From the NCBI RefSeq assembly GCF_011745625.1, contig NW_027191455.1:1172645-1192644 (forward strand): a stretch of DNA of 20,000 nucleotides. Direction: 5' to 3'. The position numbers and the translations under genes are program-made. Under the pieces are notes generated by a model. That model did no database searches. It was not told the origin of the DNA and was given only the letters and a program-made list of their open reading frames with translations. This DNA comes from Cladosporium halotolerans. Its lineage: Eukaryota. Below are positions 10,142-18,657 of this stretch, piece after piece; positions within the stretch are counted from its first letter, which is position 1; every line of letters starts with the position of its first letter.

Positions 10142-10336
10142 GTATGTCTCCACATATGATTTCCTTCCTTCACCCATCTTCCACACTACAGGATGAACAA
10201 TCCATAGCATGTATTACCCGAAAGCCACACGGCTGCAGTGGAAACATCTCATCAACCCTCTGAATGCACTACTTGCTTCACGTTACTCTGTCAAATGGCC
10301 TGCCCTTGAGAGCTTGAACTAACGATGTTCGACCAG
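10142..10336 (+). other. Predicted 5'-UTR intron (195 nt) of cnxG, snoRNA host
   Basis: CAG|GTATGT consensus donor at 10142, ACTAAC branch point 10318-10323, first CAG acceptor 10334-10336 (alternative 10338-10340), 10 nt before the ATG at 10347; no in-frame upstream ATG exon found. Confidence 0.75.
10186..10266 (+). ncRNA. Intronic box C/D snoRNA; predicted guide for 2'-O-methylation of the 18S U equivalent to human Um172 (SNORD45-type target)
   Basis: Box C AGGATGA 10190-10196; guide TAGCATGTATTA 10205-10216, the perfect complement of conserved 18S TAATACATGCTA (rRNA sequence from memory); box D' CCGA 10218-10221; AGCC/GGCT hairpin; box D CTGA 10260-10263. The D'+5 rule points to the second U of CUAAUAC. 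Ends approximate. Confidence 0.75.
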
Positions 10337-10346
10337 ACAGTCTGCC

Positions 10347-10640
10347 ATGTGTGCACAAAAGCCACCAGCTGGCCACTTCACTATTCTCTACTTCGCCTCT
10401 GCTTCTTCATACACCCGGAAGCAGCACGACTTCTTCTCTGGCCCTCTCCCGATTTCCAAGCTTCCTGATTTGCTTGAAGAGCGGTATTCCGGTATTAAAG
10501 AGAAGGTACTGGGAAGTTGTGCTCTTACGGTGAACTTGGATTACGTGGATATGGAGGAAGAAGCGGCCAAGGCAGAGCAGTGTCTTGTCGTGCAGGAGGG
10601 CGATGAGGTAGCAATCATACCGCCAGTGAGCTCGGGATGA
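10347..10640 (+). CDS. cnxG: Molybdopterin synthase sulfur-carrier (small) subunit, MOCS2A/MoaD family, 97 aa
   Basis: FTILYFASA N-terminal strand, GIKEKVL, and the C-terminus EGDEVAIIPPVSSG typical of Pezizomycotina MOCS2A. Confidence 0.93.
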   Translation: MCAQKPPAGHFTILYFASASSYTRKQHDFFSGPLPISKLPDLLEERYSGIKEKVLGSCALTVNLDYVDMEEEAAKAEQCLVVQEGDEVAIIPPVSSG

Positions 10641-10889
10641 TCTAGAGCCCAGGTAAAACTATATTCACGACATCTCACGACCAGCCTGCAAAAGGTATCA
10701 CGGCACTTCAAAGCTGGAAGCAATGAATGATCAAACAATTTACTCCCTCAATTGCATGTCATATCACACTTCCAATGTTCTGATCACAGCCTTCGTGACG
10801 TCATTTCCATTTCATGTCAAAAGCTCCCCGGTGGAGAGAGATGGCTGCGTTTGTAACAGGTTGTAGATGTGTCACACAGCGCGGGGTGC

Positions 10890-10910
10890 TCCGGCACCGG
10901 ATATATATTT
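10890..10910 (+). promoter_or_regulatory. Palindromic CCG-N4-CGG (Leu3/LeuB-type Zn cluster site) abutting a TATA-like element
   Basis: TCCGGCACCGGA (10890-10901) directly followed by TATATATTT, ~110 bp upstream of the hydrolase ATG at 11011. Confidence 0.4.
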
Positions 10911-11010
10911 ACGGCTATACGGCTACTTCTACACCTCTAGTTTCAGGTCACTCCGCTTGTCCGCTCCTCACACGATTGAGACAAATCCAACAGGCATAGA
11001 AGTATCCACA

Positions 11011-11970
11011 ATGCCTTCCAGATCAAAAAGCCACATAGTGTACAAGAAAGTCGGCGGTTTGGAGATCCCACTCGACATCCACGTGCCTGCAGATGTCAAA
11101 AACGCTCCCATCCTCCTCTGGTTCCATGGCGGCGGCCTTCTCCAAGGTGGACGAGACAAGATCGCGCCACATATGCTGAACAGCGTGGAGACCTACAAAC
11201 ATGCTCTCATTTCCGCCGACTATCGACTCGCCCCTCAAGTGGGCATCAAAGACATTTACGAAGACGTGCGCGACTGCATCGCATTCATCCGCAACCCCGA
11301 CGGCCTAGCCAAACAGCTCAGCAATTCCGGAGAGATCGACGCACAGTCAATCGATCCTTCACGCCTTGCGGTCTCCGGCAGCTCTGCAGGCGGCTACCTT
11401 ACCTTCCTTGCCGGCCTCTACGTCGAACCAAAGCCGCAAGTGATCTTGCCTATCTACCCAATCACCGATCCTCTGGGCACATTCTTCACGACCTCCCAGC
11501 CCTGGCCCACAGAGGACGGCGGGAAAGTCATCCACGGCAAACGAGTCGATGACGCCACCGTCCAACCTTTCCTGGATCGCAAGGCGGATGCCGTGGCCAA
11601 CAACGAGCCTAGCAGCGACAGGAGCAAGATGTACAACTACATGCTAGATCGTGCAAATCTGGCGGATTTGCTTCATTTCAACACGCAGAAGGACCCGCAG
11701 CATGATCCAGAGAACGACAAGTGGCGCATCTCGAAGCAGGTCGCTGCCCGGGGGCTGCCGCCTACTTATGTCGTTCATGGAACAGTAGATCGGGATGTCG
11801 GGATTGAGCAAGCCGATGAGGTGGTAGGGGCAATGGTAGGTGAGGGGATGGAGGTGAAGTATGAGAGACTGGCAGGCTTGGACCATTGCTTCGACATGGT
11901 GGAGTTCGATGGGAAGGATGAGCGGGTTAAGCTTGACAAGATGTACAAGTTCATGCACGAGCATGTGTAA
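11011..11970 (+). CDS. Alpha/beta hydrolase, HSL/GDXG-like esterase family, ~319 aa
   Basis: WFHGGG oxyanion motif, ADYRLAPQ, GSSAGG nucleophile elbow, VHGTVD (Asp) and GLDH (His). ATG 11011 (ACAATG) preferred over 10867 because a TATA-like element lies between them. Confidence 0.9.
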   Translation: MPSRSKSHIVYKKVGGLEIPLDIHVPADVKNAPILLWFHGGGLLQGGRDKIAPHMLNSVETYKHALISADYRLAPQVGIKDIYEDVRDCIAFIRNPDGLAKQLSNSGEIDAQSIDPSRLAVSGSSAGGYLTFLAGLYVEPKPQVILPIYPITDPLGTFFTTSQPWPTEDGGKVIHGKRVDDATVQPFLDRKADAVANNEPSSDRSKMYNYMLDRANLADLLHFNTQKDPQHDPENDKWRISKQVAARGLPPTYVVHGTVDRDVGIEQADEVVGAMVGEGMEVKYERLAGLDHCFDMVEFDGKDERVKLDKMYKFMHEHV

Positions 11971-12076
11971 AACGGTCAGTCGTTGCTGGCTATAGTGATT
12001 TACATATGCATGAGATTGTCAGAAGGCATTTGGCATTCAATACACTTCATTTCCACATTTCCAATATTTAGACAGC

Positions 12077-13929
12077 CTAGAAGAGATCCGTCATCGCACC
12101 CTTGCTAGCATCTCCGACTAATCTCGCATACTTGGCCAGCACACCTCTCGTCACCGGCATACGCGGGGGCTTCCACTCCGACAGTCTCTTTTGAATCACG
12201 TCTTGTTCCACATCCATACTGATGGTGTTGTTCTCCGCATCAATTGTAATGAGGTCGCCATCCTGCACAACGGCAATGGGTCCACCAACGCTCGCCTCCG
12301 GCGAGATGTGACCGACAATGAACCCGTGTGAAGCGCCAGAATACCTGCCATCGGTGATGAGAGCAATGTTCTTCAGGCCGGCACCCATAATTGCCGCTGA
12401 TGCCTTGAGCTGCTCCGGCATGCCAGGGCCGCCCTTAGGGCCTTCATAGCGGACGACAAGGACAAAGTTCTCCGTGCGGGGGATCTCGCCCTTGTTGAGT
12501 GCATCGTCGAGCTCGTGCTCCTTGTTGAAGACCTTTGCCTTGCCGGTGAACTTCATCCCCTCTTTGCCGGTGATTTTTGCAACAGCGCCGTTGGGGGCTA
12601 GGTTACCGTACAGAATCTCAAGGTGGCCGGTGGGCTTGATGGGGTTGTCGAGAGAACGGATGATCTCTTGACCTTGTTTGAGCGAAGGCCACGATTCCAC
12701 ATTCTCGGCCAGTGTTTTGCCAGTGACTGTAATGGTGCTTCCATCAAGCATGCCGGCGGCAATTAGGAGCTTCTGGACCGAAGGAATACCACCGATGTCG
12801 TAAAGGTCGGCCATCAGGAATTTGCCGCTAGGCGCCATATCGGCGATGAAAGGGATCTTGTTGCTGACCTTCTGGAAGTCGTCCAGTGTGAGGTCAACCC
12901 CAGCCGTGCCAGCCATGGCCAAAGTGTGCAGCACACCATTTGTCGACCCTCCCAGAGCCATCATCATGACCAGTGCGTTCTCAAACGCCGTTTTGGTCAA
13001 GCAGTCTTTTGGCCTAATGTTCTTCTCCATGCAGATCTTGATCGCCTCCGCGGCCTTTTGGCATTCGCGCATCTTCGCGGGCGAAGTGGCAGGTGTGGAG
13101 GAGGATCCGGGCAGCGAGAGGCCGAGAGTCTCGATCATTGTCGCCATTGTGTTTGCGGTGAACATGCCGCCGCAAGCTCCGGAGCCAGGGCATGCTTCTT
13201 TCTCAAGATCTGTCAAAATCTCATCCTGAGTCTGCGAAGGGTCGTCAGGGTTCTTCAGTCTGTTGTAGATGTATGCTCCGTGCGCTTCGAGAGCGCTGGT
13301 AATGTTGATAGGTTTCTTGAGCAGTTTGGAGTAGCCTGGCTGGATAGTGCCACCATCTAACAGAAGTCAACTTCACCTAGTCGCCTGAACCTCCGTATCT
13401 GGATATACTCACAAATCATCAAGCTGGGCCTGTTGTGCCTAGCCATTCCCATAACGCAACCCGGCATGTTCTTGTCACAGCCAGGGATAGTGATACACGC
13501 ATCGTGGAACTGCGCACACGTAACAGTCTCAACACTATCCGCAATGATTTCTCTGGTTTGCAAGCTAAACCGCATGCCCTCTCCGCCCATTGTGATGCCG
13601 TCACTCACGCCCACGGTGTTGTACTGCCACGCGAGCATCTCTTGCTTCTCTACAGCCCTTTTGACCTCCTTTCCAATATCGAGCAAGTGGGTATTGCAAG
13701 GGTTGCCTTCCCACCAAACACTGGCAATGCCGACTTGTGGGTAATTCTTGAGGACATGCTCGTTCGGCACGCCGGCGGCGTAGAGCATTGCCTGGGCGGC
13801 GGGGAAGTCATGCTCGCGGGTCAATGTCGAAGAGTACTTGTTGAGGCCGCTGCCCGGTTTCGAGTTGGGAAAGTCCAGGTAGCGAGGCTCTTCGGGGATT
13901 CTTTGCTTTTCGAGGTTTGAGGGATCCAT
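12077..13929 (-). CDS. ILV3: Dihydroxy-acid dehydratase (IlvD/Edd family), ~598 aa; exons 13929-13413 and 13356-12077
   Basis: EGNPCN, VSDGITMG, PGCDKN, GACGGMFTANTM, YEGPKGGPGMPE, ITDGRYSGASHG. Splicing of intron 13357-13412 restores MIYGGTIQPG. Confidence 0.96.
13357..13412 (-). other. Spliceosomal intron (56 nt) of the DHAD gene
   Basis: GTGAGT donor, TTGAC branch-like motif, TAG acceptor; frame-restoring. Confidence 0.92.
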
Positions 13930-14672
13930 GTTGGCGTGTTCGTGTCACGATGTTCAGTGGATTGGATTTGCGTTACCGAATGATGTTGCTTCCAGGCAAG
14001 CAAAGGGATTTGAGGCTTCTTTTCCAACACTCGTCCAATATAATTGAAGGTGTCTTTGTTTCCTGAACAGCGGACGAATGATCGACCGCAGATTTGTAGC
14101 GATCGGTTACTTCGGCCACCAAAACATCATGGTAAGCTTCGCCCCGCAATGGTGCCCCGCAACAGCAATAGCCGTCGCGTCAAAGGCCGCCGATATTCGG
14201 TGCGGATATGAGAGCCCGATCGGCGAGTTTAGATACGTGAAAATCACTGGGTTCTATGAATCAGAGAGATAGTAGAAAGAAGATAGTCAGATACAGACTT
14301 GGTTTAATACAAGTGAAACCCCCCATCACTGACCAGACACTATCTCACATTCTTTGGAACAGCATGAAAACTGGATTGCGCTTTCAGGTTGCCCACCAAC
14401 ACACGCTTTCTAACGTGCGTAGGTATCAAAGGCCCATTGTCTGTCCCGTCATGGTCTTGATGTCCTGTTCAAGGTGGTCCTCTTCGGGATGGTCCCCGTC
14501 GCCGGCGTGCTCGTCATAAGCCATGAGAGCCTGGTACAAGGCAGGATGGTTGATCCGAAGCTGTCCGAGCACCGACATGGCCGTATTTGTCGGCCTCGTC
14601 ATGGACCATGGAAATCTTCAATTTCTGCAGCAGTACAGGGCGTTCAGCCGCACAAGAAGCGTGACTTAACGC

Positions 14673-15774
14673 CTAGTCATCGTCGTGGTCCTTACGCGTG
14701 GAGTCCGCCCAGTGCGCAGCGCTGTCGTCCACAGCCTCGGTGTTCGCCGAAGGCTTGCTGGAGGTTTGTTGCGACTTGGCCGGTGATGACGGCGCATCCT
14801 CGTCGTAGTCGTCCTCAAATGCCGCAGGATCCGCCATGTCCGACGAGCCGATCGCTTGATGTTGATCGAGCGTGTCGTCTGCGCTCACGCTGATCCCTCG
14901 CGCGCCCCAACTTGTCCCTCGCCCTGGTGCTGATGGCCTTAACGTCCCGTTTTCTTGACGTGCAAGCGCCTCGTCCTCTTCTGTGATGTCTTCGTTGTTA
15001 TCCTGGCTTCTTCTGTGGTTGCCCAAGAACCTTCTGACCAAAAAACTCTTGCTTAGATCATCTGAGTCCACGACGCCTCCGCCACGGAGCTTGACGCGTT
15101 GCCGACTGTAGTAGACCCAAGCGAAGTCGATGTAGAGTAAGGTCTGGATGATGCCGAAGATGAGGGCGATGGGCTCGAAACCGTTCTTGGTGGTGACAGC
15201 GCGCCAGATCCAGTTTAAGATGTAGAAGAAGCGGTAGCTCCCGAGGGTCACGAGGTAGTAGCTGTCTAGTACGGTGGGGACTGAGGTCTGACGGAGGAGC
15301 TGGAGTTGGGGGAGCACACAGATTGACTCCAATTCGATACTAAAGGTCCAGAGAAGCTTGAGATGCGTCAGTGGATGCTTCCAAGGTCGTCGACAGGGTA
15401 GTATTCACCTCAGAGAAAGAGAAGCGACTGAGAACTAGTGTCACCAAGGGGGAGGTGAGCAGGCACGCGCCCAAGCTCCAAGTTGTTATTTTCCATGCTG
15501 TTTCCTTTTCTCTTGTGCGTGGGTATACGCGCATCATCAAATAGACGACATAGATGGAGGTAAATATGTAGAAGATCTTAAACAAGAAGTTCCACCAGCT
15601 CCAGGAGGGTGGGACCCAGAAGAGGTCCAGGTATCGCGTGCCAAACACAAGGGTGTACAGGAGCTGGGTAAGGAGAGAGACGCCTTCAGCGGAGCTATTC
15701 CGATGGATTGCGACTATGAGGGTGATCTTGGACGCGGCATGCGACAAGTCGGCGAGCAGGCGGAAGACGTTCAT
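14673..15774 (-). CDS. ERD2: ER lumen protein-retaining receptor (ERD2/KDEL receptor family) with long acidic C-terminal tail, ~349 aa; exons 15774-15409 and 15356-14673
   Basis: MNVFRLLADLSH, GVSLLTQ..Y..VF.TRYLDLF, WTFSIELESICVLPQL, LGSYRFFYILNWIWR, GIIQTLLYIDF. Splicing of intron 15357-15408 restores the frame. Confidence 0.9.
15357..15408 (-). other. Spliceosomal intron (52 nt) of the ERD2-like gene
   Basis: GTGAAT donor, ACTGAC branch point, AAG acceptor; joins FSE|LLWTFS. Confidence 0.88.
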
Positions 15775-16884
15775 GTTGATTGCGGCAGGAGCTAATGTCC
15801 ACCGTGATGGCACTGAAAGGACAGAGACGACAGCTCTTGCTGTCGCCAGATAGAGATGAGCTCAAAAACGGCCACGTCAAAATCAGTAGTCCGCCTTCAG
15901 TTCATGTAGAGCTTGTAGTAAGAATGGCATGAGGACTCCAACGCTACAGCTTGCAGCAGCGAGTACGCGCCCAGCCACGTCATCCCCATGAGCATCCCGG
16001 TCCCAATCTGGGGCAGAAGCTGACCCTGCATTCCGCCGAACCTGTGGTCCGAGGCTCAAAGCAAAATACGAACAAAAGGACTGCTCCCCTGCAGCAGTTT
16101 GGTCTACAAGAAAGGAATCCAAATCTGAAGTTGGCAGCTTGATGAGGAATATTTTGATGGTTTTCCCTGCACAATTGATTCATCAAGAGATGATCTTCAC
16201 TGTAATACTCGTGGGTACATCGTGTTTGCTAGGTAACCACCATACTCTCTAGCACGTTGCAGGGCTGTGGTTCGGGCTATACCTCCTCTTGTGAGCTTCC
16301 CTGAACTGGTGCCGCCACGGGGCAAGTGCAAGTCCGAATCATTCATATCTCAGCCAACAGATGTTGATTCGAACATGCACTCCTACCGCGTCATGGCGTG
16401 TTCGAATGAGTAAGGCTTTCCAGTAACGAATTCGAACCTGCGTGGCCCCTGGGGGCGACTATGTGTGAATGACAGGCGGTGCGAGAACAGGTCCAAATAT
16501 CGTCATGGAAAACGCTCGTCACCAGGCTCGGAAGCGTCTCTCATTGTCGACGCTGCGTTCAAGGATGAGTACGACGACTTTGGTCAACATCACAAGATTG
16601 CGAAGTCGCCAGGGCTCAGACATGGAGAAGAATGGGCGATTCCCCTACCAGACTTCTTTCAGCCATCCCTGTGGAACGTTCTAGCCGTTGGTCCTGATGC
16701 TTTCGTGATGGCCTCTCGGATGGACTTCTCGAAAATTCCGAGCCGCCCAAGTCCGACATGCACGCCACGCCAAGCCGCGGGCGGTTGTGACGTACAGCAA
16801 GCTTGCCTGCGTGAATAGAGCTCTTACGCCCGCCTGTCTTTGCAACTCCATCAACCACATCGATCCCCCATCGCATTCAGCACC

Positions 16885-17913
16885 ATGGCGTTCATGCTTC
16901 GACGGCCTTTTGCCGTTGTGAACGCGCTCAAGCAGGCCCCCCAGGTTGCCTCCCGCAGCTTCCAAACACAGGCTCAAGCGCCCATCAGAAACGCCTTCAC
17001 GAAACAGTCGACGCCACTGCGCTCAATCATCACATCTAGCCAGCAGAATGTCTTCCGCAACACCTTCCGCCAGTCTGCCCGTCGCGGCTACCAGTCTCAG
17101 GCTACCCAGAACCCTCTGGCGCAAGGGAGCATGACCCAGCGTCTCATTTACGGTGGTGCCATCTTCGGCGGTACTCTTTTGGCAATCAATCTGGTCTTCA
17201 ACCGCGAGACCCGTGAAGATGGTGGAATGCCGCTTTTCGAGCGCGAATACCTCAACGACACTTTCCTGCACACTGGTCTCGGCATCGGCATCATTGGCAT
17301 CGCTGCCCGCGCTCTGCACATGAACGGCTGGTCCTACCGCCTCATGTCCGCGAACCCGTGGCTAGTCCTCGGTATTGGTCTCGTCGGCTCAATCGGCAGC
17401 ATGATGATCTGCTACAACACCCACCCGTCGAACTACATGCTCAAGTACGGCTCGTGGGCCGCATTCAACCTGACCCAGGCCGCTCTCCTGTCTCCCATGT
17501 TCTTCTTCAGCCCTGCGATCCTCGGCCGCGCTGGTCTCTACACCGTTGGCATTATGGGTAGCATTGCGATCGTTGGCGCAACTGCCAAGCAAGATAAGTA
17601 CCTATACCTCGGCGGCCCGCTGCTCGCGGGTGTGGCTCTTGTCGCTCTTTCCGGCCTTGCCCCCATGGTCCTGCCTGCGACTGCCGTCCGCACACTTGCC
17701 TTCACCGAGAACATGTGGCTCTACGGTGGTCTCGCCGTCTTCATGGGCTTTACCCTTTACGACGTTCAGAAGATCCTCAATCACTCTCGCATGGCGCAGC
17801 GCGGCCTGATCCCGAAGGACACCGTGAACGAGAGCATCAGCCTTGAGCTCGACTTCATCAATATTTTCGTTCGCCTGGTCCAGATCATGTCCATGCAGCA
17901 GAGGAGGAAGTAA
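16885..17913 (+). CDS. Bax inhibitor-1 family mitochondrial membrane protein (GHITM/MICS1/TMBIM5-like), 342 aa
   Basis: Arg-rich presequence-like N-terminus, multiple hydrophobic TM segments, YLYLGGPL, LYGGLAVF..FTLYDVQKI, SISLELDFINIFVR; CACCATGG start context. Confidence 0.9.
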   Translation: MAFMLRRPFAVVNALKQAPQVASRSFQTQAQAPIRNAFTKQSTPLRSIITSSQQNVFRNTFRQSARRGYQSQATQNPLAQGSMTQRLIYGGAIFGGTLLAINLVFNRETREDGGMPLFEREYLNDTFLHTGLGIGIIGIAARALHMNGWSYRLMSANPWLVLGIGLVGSIGSMMICYNTHPSNYMLKYGSWAAFNLTQAALLSPMFFFSPAILGRAGLYTVGIMGSIAIVGATAKQDKYLYLGGPLLAGVALVALSGLAPMVLPATAVRTLAFTENMWLYGGLAVFMGFTLYDVQKILNHSRMAQRGLIPKDTVNESISLELDFINIFVRLVQIMSMQQRRK

Positions 17914-18053
17914 ACCATTCGCAGAGTGGATCTACAAGAAGAGAAAAGTGTATCATTTAACGATCAAGTAGCACTGGCACGTGCCGAGATGGAGTTCGGA
18001 CATGGTCAAATTTGAACTTTCATCTGTTTTTTCTGCGAATTAGCTTTACTTTT

Positions 18054-18618
18054 AGATAATCCCGGCTCTTGAGAGAAATTGTAAGCTAGCTTTCGGTAAC
18101 ATTGTGATTCTTCTCAACTATTGCGGTGACTGTACCACGTACTTATCTTCATGAGATCTAGTGACGCACTGGGCTTGATAGCATGCAGAGGATATTTGTT
18201 CTGCTACTGCTTTTGTGACGGGAGACAAGTGCTTCTTCGTAGTTCTCAGACACAGATAAGGTACCGTCTCCAGAAAGCTTGTAATCTCTCCCTAGCCGAA
18301 CTCGGCGCATCTCGACGTCACCCTGCGTTAATGGCATCACCTCATCCGTTCTTCGGATAGTTAATCAGCTGTCTCATCTGTTACCCGGTCTGCTTATCAG
18401 TACGATTTGTAGATGTGTTGGCCCCGCGTAAAGTTGTTCCTGAAAGTCTGAATGTTTTATCTATAATAAGCAATCGCGGCGCCCCCAGAAGGCACAGCAC
18501 CTTCCCTGTCTAGAGCTTTGTTTGGGCTCACATTGATGTGTGTCAAACAGCGCAAACTGCACACTGTGGCTCATATCATACAGTTAACCTAGCTCTGCTA
18601 CGTCTCGCCCACCTATCT
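18054..18618. promoter_or_regulatory. Cluster of seven HGATAR (AreA/Nit2-type GATA) sites upstream of the AsnB-like gene
   Basis: Sites at 18054, 18143(-), 18176, 18254, 18394(-), 18457(-), 18613(-); TATAAT at 18462. Confidence 0.45.
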
Positions 18619-18657
18619 ATTTCACTCTGCTAGTGCGGCCTTCTAGACCTAATCAAC

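Noticed and set aside
10142..10336. TPP or Moco riboswitch in the cnxG intron
   Set aside because: No TPP core (CTGAGA...) or multi-stem Moco-motif architecture seen; C/D boxes plus the rRNA guide explain the intron better.
10629..10640. MOCS2A ending in -SG instead of the usual -GG
   Set aside because: PPVSSG is the normal C-terminus in filamentous-ascomycete CnxG; not an anomaly.
10867..11010. 48-aa N-terminal extension of the hydrolase
   Set aside because: Spans the TATA-like element and is not protein-like; ATG 11011 fits the family start better.
12077..13929. DHAD as an AstD-like self-resistance gene marking a biosynthetic gene cluster
   Set aside because: No terpene cyclase, P450, PKS or NRPS in the window; neighbours are housekeeping genes (cnxG, ERD2-like, GHITM, cyt-4).
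16396..16440. tRNA gene suggested by GTTCGAAT
   Set aside because: No cloverleaf, A-box or T-stem pairing around it.
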